From: Eledone cirrhosa | Lineage: Eukaryota | Direction of reading: 5' to 3' | DNA length: 64,000 nucleotides | Assembly: GCA_964016885.1 (NCBI GenBank) | Contig: OZ024743.1 | Span: forward strand, 223,572,001 to 223,636,000 | In this document: positions 38,101-55,553 of the stretch, one piece after another | Layout: the number at the start of each line of letters is the position of its first letter | Numbering within the stretch: the stretch's first letter is position 1 | Notes under the pieces: model-generated | Database searches by the model: none | The model's input: only the letters and a program-made list of their open reading frames with translations | What the model was told of the DNA's origin: nothing | Made by a program: the position numbers and the translations under genes

Positions 38101-40959
38101 TTCATATACATACTAGTATTTCAGTATACATATATGGATGTACATCTTTAACTTAATTGTTTAAGCGTCAGTCATACAAAAGTGAGTTACAAATGAAACG
38201 AAATTTAATTTCGTTTCGTTATTTGTTTTTATCGTCTCCGTTGAACCGGTACTTACTCACACTCTATGCAAATTAGTATGCCCACTACTAATTTTCATAG
38301 AAAAAGCATATAGCGATATGTGCTTTTACGATTCTCTAGAGAGGCCGGAAGATAGGTAAATATTGCTGATGAGTTGTAACAACAACGAAACTAGTTCAAT
38401 ATTCCTTGTCTGGCTTTCTAGAGAATAGAGGAAAGGTGTTTCCTCAAAAACCAGTATGACTCTAAAAACCGGTTTGTCTGTGTGTTTACATACAGAATAG
38501 CTGGCCACTCGCAGTAAAGTGACCAGTGAAAAAACTTGGTACATCTACATATGTATACGTGTGTGTATTCATATACATACTAGTATTTCAGTATACATAT
38601 ATGGATGTACATCTTTAACTTAATTGTTTAAGCGTCAGTCATACAAAAGTGAGTTACAAATGAAACGAAATTTAATTTCGTTTCGTTATTTGTTTTTATC
38701 GTCTCCGTTGAACCGGTACTTACTCACACTCTATGCAAATTAGTATGCCCACTACTAATTTTCATAGAAAAAGCATATAGCGATATGTGCTTTTACGATT
38801 CTCTAGAGAGGCCGGAAGATAGGTAAATATTGCTGATGAGTTGTAACAACAACGAAACTAGTTCAATATTCCTTGTCTGGCTTTCTAGAGAATAGAGGAA
38901 AGGTGTTTCCTCAAAAACCAGTATGACTCTAAAAACCGGTTTGTCTGTGTGTTTACATACAGAATAGCTGGCCACTCGCAGTAAAGTGACCAGTGAAAAA
39001 ACTTGGTACATCTACATATGTATACGTGTGTGTATTCATATACATACTAGTATTTCAGTATACATATATGGATGTACATCTTTAACTTAATTGTTTAAGC
39101 GTCAGTCATACAAAAGTGAGTTACAAATGAAACGAAATTTAATTTCGTTTCGTTATTTGTTTTTATCGTCTCCGTTGAACCGGTACTTACTCACACTCTA
39201 TGCAAATTAGTATGCCCACTACTAATTTTCATAGAAAAAGCATATAGCGATATGTGCTTTTACGATTCTCTAGAGAGGCCGGAAGATAGGTAAATATTGC
39301 TGATGAGTTGTAACAACAACGAAACTAGTTCAATATTCCTTGTCTGGCTTTCTAGAGAATAGAGGAAAGGTGTTTCCTCAAAAACCAGTATGACTCTAAA
39401 AACCGGTTTGTCTGTGTGTTTACATACAGAATAGCTGGCCACTCGCAGTAAAGTGACCAGTGAAAAAACTTGGTACATCTACATATGTATACGTGTGTGT
39501 ATTCATATACATACTAGTATTTCAGTATACATATATGGATGTACATCTTTAACTTAATTGTTTAAGCGTCAGTCATACAAAAGTGAGTTACAAATGAAAC
39601 GAAATTTAATTTCGTTTCGTTATTTGTTTTTATCGTCTCCGTTGAACCGGTACTTACTCACACTCTATGCAAATTAGTATGCCCACTACTAATTTTCATA
39701 GAAAAAGCATATAGCGATATGTGCTTTTACGATTCTCTAGAGAGGCCGGAAGATAGGTAAATATTGCTGATGAGTTGTAACAACAACGAAACTAGTTCAA
39801 TATTCCTTGTCTGGCTTTCTAGAGAATAGAGGAAAGGTGTTTCCTCAAAAACCAGTATGACTCTAAAAACCGGTTTGTCTGTGTGTTTACATACAGAATA
39901 GCTGGCCACTCGCAGTAAAGTGACCAGTGAAAAAACTTGGTACATCTACATATGTATACGTGTGTGTATTCATATACATACTAGTATTTCAGTATACATA
40001 TATGGATGTACATCTTTAACTTAATTGTTTAAGCGTCAGTCATACAAAAGTGAGTTACAAATGAAACGAAATTTAATTTCGTTTCGTTATTTGTTTTTAT
40101 CGTCTCCGTTGAACCGGTACTTACTCACACTCTATGCAAATTAGTATGCCCACTACTAATTTTCATAGAAAAAGCATATAGCGATATGTGCTTTTACGAT
40201 TCTCTAGAGAGGCCGGAAGATAGGTAAATATTGCTGATGAGTTGTAACAACAACGAAACTAGTTCAATATTCCTTGTCTGGCTTTCTAGAGAATAGAGGA
40301 AAGGTGTTTCCTCAAAAACCAGTATGACTCTAAAAACCGGTTTGTCTGTGTGTTTACATACAGAATAGCTGGCCACTCGCAGTAAAGTGACCAGTGAAAA
40401 AACTTGGTACATCTACATATGTATACGTGTGTGTATTCATATACATACTAGTATTTCAGTATACATATATGGATGTACATCTTTAACTTAATTGTTTAAG
40501 CGTCAGTCATACAAAAGTGAGTTACAAATGAAACGAAATTTAATTTCGTTTCGTTATTTGTTTTTATCGTCTCCGTTGAACCGGTACTTACTCACACTCT
40601 ATGCAAATTAGTATGCCCACTACTAATTTTCATAGAAAAAGCATATAGCGATATGTGCTTTTACGATTCTCTAGAGAGGCCGGAAGATAGGTAAATATTG
40701 CTGATGAGTTGTAACAACAACGAAACTAGTTCAATATTCCTTGTCTGGCTTTCTAGAGAATAGAGGAAAGGTGTTTCCTCAAAAACCAGTATGACTCTAA
40801 AAACCGGTTTGTCTGTGTGTTTACATACAGAATAGCTGGCCACTCGCAGTAAAGTGACCAGTGAAAAAACTTGGTACATCTACATATGTATACGTGTGTG
40901 TATTCATATACATACTAGTATTTCAGTATACATATATGGATGTACATCTTTAACTTAAT

Positions 40960-41177
40960 CATATATATATAGATATATACATATATATATAGATATATAC
41001 ATATAGATATATACATATATATATAGATATATACATATATATATAGATATATACATATATAGATATATACATATATAGATATATACATATATATATAGAT
41101 ATATACATATATATATATAGATATATACATATATATATGTATATATCTATATATATAGATATATATATATATATATA
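40960..41177. repeat. Continuation of the TA-rich compound microsatellite
   Basis: Same TAGATATATACATATA motif and orientation as the left flank of the array. Confidence 0.95.
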
Positions 41178-41628
41178 ACGTCGCCGTGAGCGTTATATTA
41201 TCTGCATGATGTGGAAAATGTTCCATCATCACTGCCCAAATGATGTTGGCATCGCCTTCAAGATACACCCAAGGCTTGGGCCCCGTGCTATCCGTCCCAT
41301 TCAAAAATCTAAATCGCAACTCATAACAACAATACGGCACAATTATTTCACCTCAATCGGCCCAGCTCTCTTCAACATCACACCAGGACACGTCAAAACA
41401 GAAACTGACCACACAAAATTCAAGAAGTCTTTGGACAAATTCCTCCAAGTAATCCCGGACAAACCACCCACACCCGGATATGTCTCCGCAAACAGTAATT
41501 CTCTTCTCGAATGGGCCATGGTGCCCAAATCCTGAATTGAAAGACTTCGCCAGGTGGTGCTATTAAGTTAGACATGGCCTGGGCCAATACTGGCCAAAAC
41601 ATTTCAAAGTTATTCAAAGTTAAGTTAT
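41178..41628 (+). mobile_element. 3' fragment of a CR1/Jockey-group LINE
   Basis: ORF 41206-41535 with RLG...GPALFN--P...FKKSLDKFLQVIPDKP, a typical LINE ORF2 C-terminus; ends in short TCAAAGTTA repeats. Confidence 0.7.
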
Positions 41629-41630
41629 AT

Positions 41631-43090
41631 CATCATCATCAATGTTTAACGTCCGTGTTCCACGCTTGCATGGGTTTGGACGGGGGTAGTCCCACTTGAG
41701 GCAAGAGTGATTGTCTTGCTCGCATAGGACTGTCTGGCAGGTTTTCTACAGTTGGATGCCCTTCCTAACACCAACCACATTTACAGTGTGGGTCTGGGAG
41801 GTTTTTACCGTGTTGCCTACACGGCCACATTACAGCGTGGACTGTGTGTTGTTTTGTCGTGACACCTACACGATCTCATTTGTTTCGGCCTGGACGGTGT
41901 GGCACCAACATAACTTTACATAGAACAGGGGGGGGGGGGGGTATTTTGTTAGAGATGCCTACTGGCTGTAGTAGGTTTTACTATGTATTTAGGTAAGGCG
42001 GGTCTTCTCTGTTACTGAGTACCGCCAAAGGTCTCGGTCCAGTGACATTGTCTTGGAGAGGTGTAAGTGTGTGAGGTCGGAGTTTATCAGCTCGTCCCAG
42101 GTTTTTCTAGGTCTGCCTATTCCGTGGCTACCGTCTATCTTTATTGCCCTGCACTTTGTTATACAGCTATCGACTTTCATGCGCATCACATGTCCTTACC
42201 AGCGTAGCCTTCTCTCGAGTAAACAACAACTGATCCCTCTTATTTCTAATTTTGTCCTTAGTTCGTTTATGCTTTGCCGTTCACGTATATTACTGTTACA
42301 CATCCAGCGGAGCATGCAAGCTTCATTCCTCTCTAGTCTGCATATATCCTCTGCACACAATGCCCAGGTCTCACTGCCATGCAACATTGCTGTTCGTATG
42401 CAGGCATCGTACAAGCTGCCTTTCATTTTTAGGGAGAACCCTTTAGCAGCTAATAGTGGTATAAGCTCTCTGAACTTTTTCCAACCAGTTCTGACTCTAG
42501 CTACTGTACTTTCAGTGCACCCTCCCCCACTGCTGATTTTATCACCCAGGTAACGGAAACTGTCCACTATTTCTATAGAACCCTCTGCGCAATTGAAAGA
42601 GCTAGTATTTTGTGGGCACTTGCTGCTACTTATTGCACCAGAGCACCGGCCACATGTAAAATCTATGTTCTTAGTTAGCTTACCTGTGATCCCACTACAT
42701 CTTTTATGCACCCATACTTTGCATTTAGGACACAAAATGGAGTTTCTACCTATGCCTTTCCTACACCCCGAGCACGACCATTTCCCAGAAGGGACCGCCG
42801 CCTTATTTTCTTTCCTACAAACTAGAACTTTAGTCTTAGCCAGGTTAATTTTAAGTCCTTCCATGTTTGGAATTTCTTCTCTAGCTCGGCCATTGATTCA
42901 GCTATGAGTGTCAGGTCGTCTGCGTATAGGAGTTCCCATCGGCAGCCGGTCTTGAACTCCTCTGTTATAGCCTGAAGGGCAATAATAAATAGTAGGGGGC
43001 TGAGATCAGAGCCCTGATGGACGCCAACTTTTACGCTAAACTCTTCGCTTATATTCGTTGTTAATTCTAACCTTGCTGACTGTTTCTTTA
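41631..43090 (-). mobile_element. 5'-truncated RTE LINE
   Basis: VGVHQG, LLYADDL, FRYLG, HGSETW and GRPRKTW in ORFs 42196-42864 and 41989-42189; (CAT)n tail at 41631. Confidence 0.93.
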
Positions 43091-43099
43091 TACATGGGC

Positions 43100-46969
<3,870 letters not shown>

Positions 46970-46970
<1 letters not shown>

Positions 46971-47374
46971 TGTACTGTACCAATAGGAAATGTATCATAT
47001 GTAAGGTGAACCCCCGGATAAACTGTAAAACTAGAAACGTAGTCTATAGCATAAGATATACAGAGGGTACTTGCAGAAACATGACAACAACATACATAGG
47101 CGAAACAGCTCGTAGCATAGGTGAAAGGATAGACCAACACTGGGGGGAACTAAAAGGACGAAAAAACGGGTCAGTACTATACGAACATGCTAGACATGAC
47201 GGTAACATAGACAACATATAAATTAGAATAATATCTAAACATAGGAATGACCCAGCAGATAGGCAAATCAGAGAGGCCAGTGAAATAGAAATTAGAAGAC
47301 CAAAGCTAAACAGAAAGAATGAGTGGAACAACAACAACACCCAAACAAACAACACTGACCTAAGAGAAGTATAA
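46970..47374 (+). pseudogene. Penelope-like element GIY-YIG endonuclease remnant (5'-truncated, one in-frame stop)
   Basis: CIIC...CKTRNVVYSI...C...YIGETARSIGERIDQH...L--H; after the stop at 47219-47221 the frame continues IRIISKHRNDPADRQIREASEIEIRRPKLNRKNEW to the stop at 47372-47374. Confidence 0.85.
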
Positions 47375-47630
47375 ATAAGTAAATAAAATAAAATAAAATA
47401 AGATAAATAAATACATACACAAGCACATACACACACACTAGTCACCCAGCAGACACAACACTATAAACACTAGTCACACAGCAAACGTAACACTATACAC
47501 ACACGCAAACGCATGCGCAAAGAAGACAAAATAAAATAAACAAACAAGCAAATAAATAAATAAATATATAGACAGACTGAATAAAAGATGGCGTAGAAAT
47601 ACAACACAACAGGAGGAAAAAATATAACAC

Positions 47631-47669
47631 CACTGACGATGTTGCAGATGTGCAACGAAAGATTTATGT
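47631..47669 (+). ncRNA. Probable (partly decayed) type I hammerhead in the Penelope-like 3' region
   Basis: CA CUGACGA U GUUGCA GAUG UGCAAC GAAA GAUU UA UG: core and 6-bp stem II intact, stem I only 2-3 bp. Confidence 0.6.
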
Positions 47670-48052
47670 AAATTATGTAAACTATATATATGTGTTTGTG
47701 TCTATATTGTATCTGTATTCGCAGATATAAAAGACAGCGAGAAGCGAAAACCAACCAAACAGTGAGTGTGTTCTGCTATTAATTCTGGCAATATTACACA
47801 AATATGACCCTCCCCAAGTATAACAATGTATATATATATACACATACATACACACCATATTATATACATACATTTCTTCCAAAGAACCCTGTGTGTTGAC
47901 AGAAAGATCTAGAATGTTTGGAACAAAAACATTCCTGTATTGAAATCTAGCATTATACCTTAGGTTACTCAAACAATAATATTCTGTATTGATGTAATCC
48001 TAAACCCATATAACTAATTAAATTATAAAACAAATACCAAATCAATCACGTA

Positions 48053-48054
<2 letters not shown>

Positions 48055-48098
<44 letters not shown>

Positions 48099-48285
48099 TG
48101 GTGTGTGTGGTGTGTGTGGTGTGTGTGGTGTGTGTGGTGTGTGTGGTGTGTGTGGTGTGTGTGGTGTGTGTGGTGTGTGTGGTGTGTGTGTGCGTGCGTG
48201 CGTGCGCGTGCGTGCGCGCGTGCATGTGTGTACATATACACACACACACACACATTTATATATATACATACACACACACACATAC
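48055..48285. repeat. (GT)n / (GGTGTGTGT)n / (CA)n microsatellite
   Basis: Direct inspection. Confidence 0.95.
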
Positions 48286-48289
48286 GCCA

Positions 48290-49420
48290 TCATCATGGCT
48301 TGGCTTCTCAAACAAAGGGGTCGTCCACATTGATAGCCGACATGCTTGTGGCTATTCAGGCCAATGCTGGACAGGCAGACATGGCTGCTGCTGTTGAATG
48401 TCTGGTCAGGGTTTGATGACTTAGTATTGTGGTTCTTCCTCATGTGCCTTTTGTCCTTGAGGGTGTTTTCAAAGGAGGAGACAGCATGGTTCATGAGACG
48501 CCAAGCATCATGGTCCACAGTTAGGGTGGTCCACAGTTAGGGTGGACCACCAGTGATGGTTGATGTGACAGGAACCAAGGGATTTTTTCAAAAACTCCTT
48601 ACATCACTTCCTTGGTGCCTCCATGTCATGTTGGCCAGTGGAGAGTTCACCATACAGCGTGATCCTGGGCAGGCGATGATCCTTCATCCTGGTGATGTGG
48701 CTTTCCCAGCATAGTTCGGACTTCAGCGGCATGATCTTGATGCTGGTGACCTCCACCTGTTCAAGAACTTCAACTTTGGTGACAAAGTCACTCCAGTAAA
48801 TGTTGTCGATAGTGTGGAGGCAACACTGGTGGAAGTGCTCAAGGAGTCGAAGGTGGTAGTGATAAATGACACACGACTTTGAGCTGTATAGGAGGGTGGT
48901 AAAAACCATGGTTCTCTACACTCTGATCTTGGTACCCTTCTTCAGGTGTTTAATGTTCCACATGCATTTATACAGTCTGTCAAATGCACTGCTCACCTTT
49001 GCCAGTCAGTTGTTGATTTCCCTGTTGATCTTGGCATCTGATGTGATAGTGCATCCCAGGTAGGTGAACTGATGAACTGTTTTCAGTTCAGTCTTGCCAA
49101 TGGTGGGTACTCTTTCTAAGGTACTGGCTGGTGGAGTACCTCTGTCTTCTTTAAACTGACTTCCAGCCAAAAGAGCTGGGTAGCCTTTGTGAAGCAGGAA
49201 GTGATATGTTGCAAGGCTCTTCCGATGTGGGCAACAAGAGTAGCATTGCCGGCAAAGAGGGAGTCTCAGATCTGTTGCTCCAGTGTCTTCGTGTGGGCCT
49301 ACAGTGGACAAAGATTAAACAAGCTGCCATCAGTGGCTTGCTTGAGCATCATGCTGAAGAAGATGGTGAAGAGAGTCAGTGCCAGGACACAACTCTGCTT
49401 CACTCCATTTTTTATGAGAA
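48290..49420 (-). mobile_element. Decayed RTE (BovB-like) LINE fragment of a second family
   Basis: ELKTVHQFTYLGCTITSDAKINREINN, TLLYS, LEHFHQCCL, RMKDHRLPRITLYGEL; LFA-NA at the YADD position. Confidence 0.82.
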
Positions 49421-52373
49421 GGGCATCCAGCCATAAAAAGCTTACCAAACTCTTGTTTCAAAGACATGACAACGATCCTAGAGCTGGTGCTATGATAAAA
49501 CACAACCAATGCACTCCTATAGAGAGTTTGATTGTATGTAAGTAAGATGCTCTCCCTCCCTGCTTCCCCTCATCAGAGTGGTTGGTAGTTCCATTTAACT
49601 AGTGACTTGGTCTATAATGACACATCCAACTCTTGCTAATAGGGAAAATAAACATTAAATAATGATGGTGATATTTTCCTTTATGTTCCAAACAGAATAA
49701 TTAGAGTAACAGTAAAAGGTTATATAAATCAATGACAGCATATACAGAAAATTAGCAAAAAATTAAGAAAATTAATAAAAAAAATCTAAAAAGAAATCAA
49801 CAAAAAACAAACAAACAAACAAACAAACAATAGCAACCAGACTAACCCAAGTTGAGACTTAATTTAAATATTTTTAAACCAATGTTAGTGAGTTCATTTT
49901 AAGAAAAAAACTAATTATTTAGACAGAGAGAGTAGTTAACCTTGTTTCTTCCTAATCAGGACCCTGTTTTAATTAACCTGATGCTAAATTAATTAATTAA
50001 ATAATTAATCAACTACAATACAGGTTATGTATAAATTCTCCTGATTTTGTTTTTGTGATATTCAATACAAGAAGTGGCTAATACATACTAAATAGACAAT
50101 CAAAAACCATTGAATCCACTTATGTACACTTAAAACAACTACAGTATATATATTCTCTGGCTTTCTTTCACTGCTTATCTTTGATATTAACTGCCTGTCT
50201 TATCTATTATCTTTTTCATTTAACATTTGAGCTCTAGCAAGCCAAATTTCACATTATATAGATACCAGGCTTACTGTATAGTGCAATGACAAGACAAGCA
50301 GGGGTAGGGAAGATTTGATTTTATTCTGTAAAGATTGAATCTGGCACTTCAGTTATATCAGTTGCCAGCATTGGGCACATCTCTGGTGGTCTTACTAATC
50401 TAAAAATGGCACAGCAGCAGTTCAATCATTTCTCCAGTTCTTGTAGTTCCATTAAGACATATTTTGTTGCTTTACATTTAATAGAATATATAATTAGTTA
50501 ATCTGAATAAGAGGTACTGTGCCTCCTACACATTGTTTTGTTAGTTCTAGTCCAGACTGATCTGGAAGAGAATAGCAATAACTGGATGGTGTACTGAGCT
50601 GTATTAACCTATGGCAAGCACCTAGTCCTTTGGGAGGAGGGGTTGGGGATAATTTCAGCCCAGTCAACCACATGGCCCTGGTGGAGTAACAACCATTAGC
50701 TAATAACAAGATAGAATCGGGATTACAAGTTGATGAAAGGGATATTGATAGACAGTAGAGATCAGTTTAGATTATTGAAAGATTGTTATTAGTGATGTTG
50801 TTTAGCCCTAAGTCAACCCTAATTGAGCAGGCATATCATGAAAGGCATTCAAACGCTGGGCATCTTTTTAGAGGTGTGCAGGATTGCATTATCCAATTTG
50901 TTCTTTCCTTATTTATGATGGGTATGGTTTAACTTGAGGGAGATTTGGTTGCTATTTCTAGTAGTTTTAGTGGTTATGTGGAGGCTCCTTCTTTGGCTGG
51001 TCAAGCAGACTTATGATCAAAGGTATTCCAATTGCAACCATCCCTTCATTTCTTAAAGAGGGTATGGTATGATTTGATGTAATGTGGTTGCTATCTCCAG
51101 CAGGGTATGATTTGATGTAATGTGGTTGCTATCTCCAGCAGGTTGAGCAACTACATAGAGGCCCCTTCATTAGTATATTAGTATATGTATTGGAAGGGAA
51201 AGTAAAATAGTGACTTAATTAAATTCATTTTGAACAGGATCTCTTCTTCTTCCACACACAATTTACAGTACACTATCTCTCCCTTTTGTATTATTTTCAA
51301 GTCAGTCTTTGACCTAAATTATAATGTTATATTTAGATATCTAACTCAATTCTTTAGTAACTGTTATGGCATGGTGTACAGACATGGTTTCTCAACTATG
51401 TGGTCAGCACCCCCTCACCTCCCTATTAAACCTTTAGCGTCCCTAAGCATTGAAAATATTATGTATTCCACATACTATATGGAAAAATCTCCCATATACT
51501 ATACTGGGAAAAAAATCTTAAGCGGGGGTCCCTTTTTACAAGAGGTCCTAAGCATGTGTTTACTTTGTTTAATGGTTAATCCAGTACTCCATGTGATCTT
51601 GGGTTCTGTCCCACTTCAAGGCACCTTAAGCAAGTATCTTCTACTATAGCCTTGAGCTGATAAATGCTTTGTTTCATACAATCTGCCTAGTTCTGGTGTG
51701 TGCAGTACAGTAAAATTGACCAAATCAAGCTGGTTGCGCAAAATGTTTAGGTATAAGTTTAAATTCTAATTACCATATACATATGTACACAAACAAATAT
51801 ACACACACATAAACACATACGCGCACACCAACATATATATATGTAGTATATTTATTGACCAGTGAGACAGTCTCTATGTCATCATTTATCCAACTAGAAA
51901 TACCAGCCCTACCTTCTTAAAATAGGAAAAAATACCTTACATTGTAGTAGGTGGTCAGGGTTAGGGGTTGAATAGAGGAGAAGAAGGGTGAGAGTGCACC
52001 AAGTGGAATGGGGAATCTCTGGTTAATTGTAAAGGATGGGGGGGGGGGGGGGATAAAGGTGAAGATTGTGGGGAAAGGGTTATTTTTTGTTGGGGAGGGG
52101 ATGGGGCAATGTAAGAGTAGGAATATAAAAGGAAACAAAACATATGATGATGATGATGATGGTGATTATGATGACACCGAATTAGATGATGATAATTATG
52201 ATGGGGAGTATGAACTAAGAGTTGTGACACAATCAGGCCACCAGATCAACCACTCAGTATCACCACCACATATCATCTGATGTTGACAGAAACTATAATT
52301 ATAAGTCTTTATTTACATTCTCTTTCTATTTCATTTTCTTCCACGTTTGATAAACATACAAACGCGCGCACGC

Positions 52374-52410
<37 letters not shown>

Positions 52411-53014
52411 TACATAAAGCGACACAAACACACAGAGATGCATATGTGAATACATACCTTCTCTTGTTCACACACACACAGACAGACAGACACACACACG
52501 CACACAAACAAACACACAAATACACACACAAACACATAGATAATCATCTACAACAACCATCTACATGTGTGTGTAATCTTTCTCAGGATGTGGGCTGTCT
52601 GAACTTCCTGCGGTTCTGAGAATATTCCAGCAGTTTGGTCAACATAACAGTCTGCTTGTGAAATTAATGTGCAAGTGACTGAGTATTATATAGACATAAG
52701 CACACTTAATGTAGTTTTCAGTGAGACAGCCTAGATGGCAAGACTGGCCCTTTGATATTTAGGTACAGCTTTTATTTTTCCAGTTGAGTGGACTGGAGCA
52801 AGGTGAAATAAAGTGACTTGCTCAAGGAATCAATGTGTTGTCCAAGGGGGACTTATAACCTCATAATTACAAACCAACACACTAACCACAAAGTCATGAG
52901 CCTTTCCAACCCCTTACATAAAGATAGACAAACAACCATGATAAAAATAACAAATTCAATAGTCAATAATTTTGTAAAAAAACTGTTTGTTGTTCTATTA
53001 TTTACCCTCAGTCG

Positions 53015-55553
53015 TTAACTCTTTCATTACCATATTTCTAATGAATGACACCACCTATGTCATTAACTCTTTCATTACCATATTTCTAATGTATGACACC
53101 ACCTATGTCATTAACCCTTCCATTACCATATTTCTAATGAATGACACCACCTATGTCATTAACCCTTCCATTACCATATTTCTAATGAATGACACCACCT
53201 ATGTCATTAACCCTTCCATTACCATATTTCTAATGAATGACACCACCTATGTCATTAACCCTTCCATTACCATATTTCTAATGAATGACACCACCTATGT
53301 CATTAACCCTTCCATTACCATATTTCTAATGTATGACACCACCTATGTCATTAACCCTTCCATTACCATATTTCTAATGAATGACACCACCTATGTCATT
53401 AACTCTTTCATTACCATATTTCTAATGAATGACACCACCTATGTCATTAACCCTTCCATTACCATATTTCTAATGAATGACACCACCTATGTCATTAACC
53501 CTTCCATTACCATATTTCTAATGAATGACACCACCTATGTCATTAACCCTTCCATTACCATATTTCTAATGAAAGACACTGTCTATGTCATTAACCCTTT
53601 CATTACCATATTTCTAATGAATGACACCACCTATGTCATTAACCCTTTCATTACCATATTTCTAATGTATGACACCACCTATGTCATTAACCCTTCCATT
53701 ACCATATTTCTAATGAATGACACCACCTATGTCATTAACCCTTCCATTACCATATTTCTAATGAATGACACCACCTATGTCATTAACCCTTCCATTACCA
53801 TATTTCTAATGAATGACACCACCTATGTCATTAACCCTTCCATTACCATATTTCTAATGTATGACACCACCTATGTCATTAACTCTTTCATTACCATATT
53901 TCTAATGAATGACACCACCTATGTCATTAACCCTTCCATTACCATATTTCTAATGAATGACACCACCTATGTCATTAACCCTTCCATTACCATATTTCTA
54001 ATGAAAGACACTGTCTATGTCATTAACCCTTTCATTACCATATTTCTAATGAATGACACCACCTATGTCATTAACCCTTTCATTACCATATTTCTAATGT
54101 ATGACACCACCTATGTCATTAACCCTTCCATTACCATATTTCTAATGAATGACACCACCTATGTCATTAACCCTTTCATTACCATATTTCTAATGTATGA
54201 CACCACCTATGTCATTAACCCTTTCATTACCATACTTCTAATGAATGACACCACCTATGTCATTAACCCTTCCATTACCATATTTCTAATGAAAGACACT
54301 GTCTATGTCATTAACTCTTTCATTACCATACTTCTAATGAATGACACCACCTATGTCATTAACCCTTCCATTACCATATTTTTAATGAAAGACACTGTCT
54401 ATGTCATTAACTCTTTCATTACCATATTTCTAATGAATGGCACCACCTATGTCATTAACCCTTCCATTACCATATTTCTAATGAAAGACACTGTCTATGT
54501 CATTAACTCTTTCATTACCATATTTCTAAAGAATGACACCACCTATGTCATTAACTCTTTCATTACCATATTTCTAATGAATGACACCACCTATGTCATT
54601 AACCGTTCCATTACCATATTTCTAATGAAAGATACTGTCTATGTCATTAACTCTTTCATTACCATATTTCTAATGAATGACACCACCTATGTCATTAACT
54701 CTTTCATTACCATATTTCTAATGAATGACACCACCTATGTCATTAACCCTTTCATTACCATATTTCTAATGAATGACACCACCTATGTCATTAACCCTTT
54801 CATTACCATATTTCTAATGAAAGACACTGTCTATGTCATTAACCCTTTCATTATCATATTTCTAATGAATGACACCACCTATGTCATTAACCCTTTCATT
54901 ACCATATTTCTAATGAAAGACACTGTCTATGTCATTAACCCTTTCATTACCATATATTCCAATGAATGACACCACCTATGTCATTAACCCTTTCATTACC
55001 ATATTTGTAATGAATGACACCACCTATGTCATTAACCCTTTCATTACCATATTTCTAATGAATGACACCACCTATGTTATTAACCCTTTCATTACCATAT
55101 TTCTAATGAAAGACACTGTCTATGTCATTAACCCTTTCTTTACCATATATCCCAATGAATGACACTACCTATATCATTAACCCTTTCATTACCATATATC
55201 CCAATGAATGACACCACCTATATCATTAACCCTTTCATTACCATAATCCCAATGAATGACACCACCTATGTCATTAACCCTTTCATTACCATATATCCCA
55301 ATGAATGACACCACCTATGTCATTAACCCTTTCTTTACCATATATCCCAATGAATGACACTACCTATATCATTAACCCTTTCATTACCATATATCCCAAT
55401 GAATGACACCACCTATATCATTAACCCTTTCATTACCATAATCCCAATGAATGACACCACCTATGTCATTAACCCTTTCATTACCATAATCCCAATGAAT
55501 GACACCACCTATATCATTAACCCTTTCATTACCATATATCCCAATGAATGACA
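53015..55553. repeat. 48-bp minisatellite (48-49 bp distally), about 53 copies
   Basis: TTAACCCTTTCATTACCATATTTCTAATGAATGACACCACCTATGTCA repeated; produces the 16-aa-periodic 660-aa ORF. Confidence 0.97.

Larger units (their letters stand above)
24852..40959. mobile_element. Tandem array of a 467-bp hammerhead-containing unit (candidate non-LTR retrozyme), about 21.8 copies plus about 12.7 inverted copies
   Basis: Exact 467-bp period (ORF track repeats 22 times on + and 13 times on -); orientation flips at 35031-35058; one HHR per unit. Confidence 0.9.

Noticed and set aside
24852-40959. CRISPR array or tandem tRNA/5S/snRNA gene cluster
   Set aside because: No unique spacers, eukaryotic context, and no cloverleaf, 5S or Sm-site-bearing snRNA sequence recognised.
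29130-40959. Whole inversion as a simple read fold-back artefact
   Set aside because: Sequence beyond 40959 is not a mirror of the left side, and the flanking microsatellite keeps its orientation. Copy number could still be mis-assembled.
52987-54969. 660-aa ORF
   Set aside because: Translation of a 48-bp minisatellite (multiple of 3, no stop in one frame); no ATG start or splice context.
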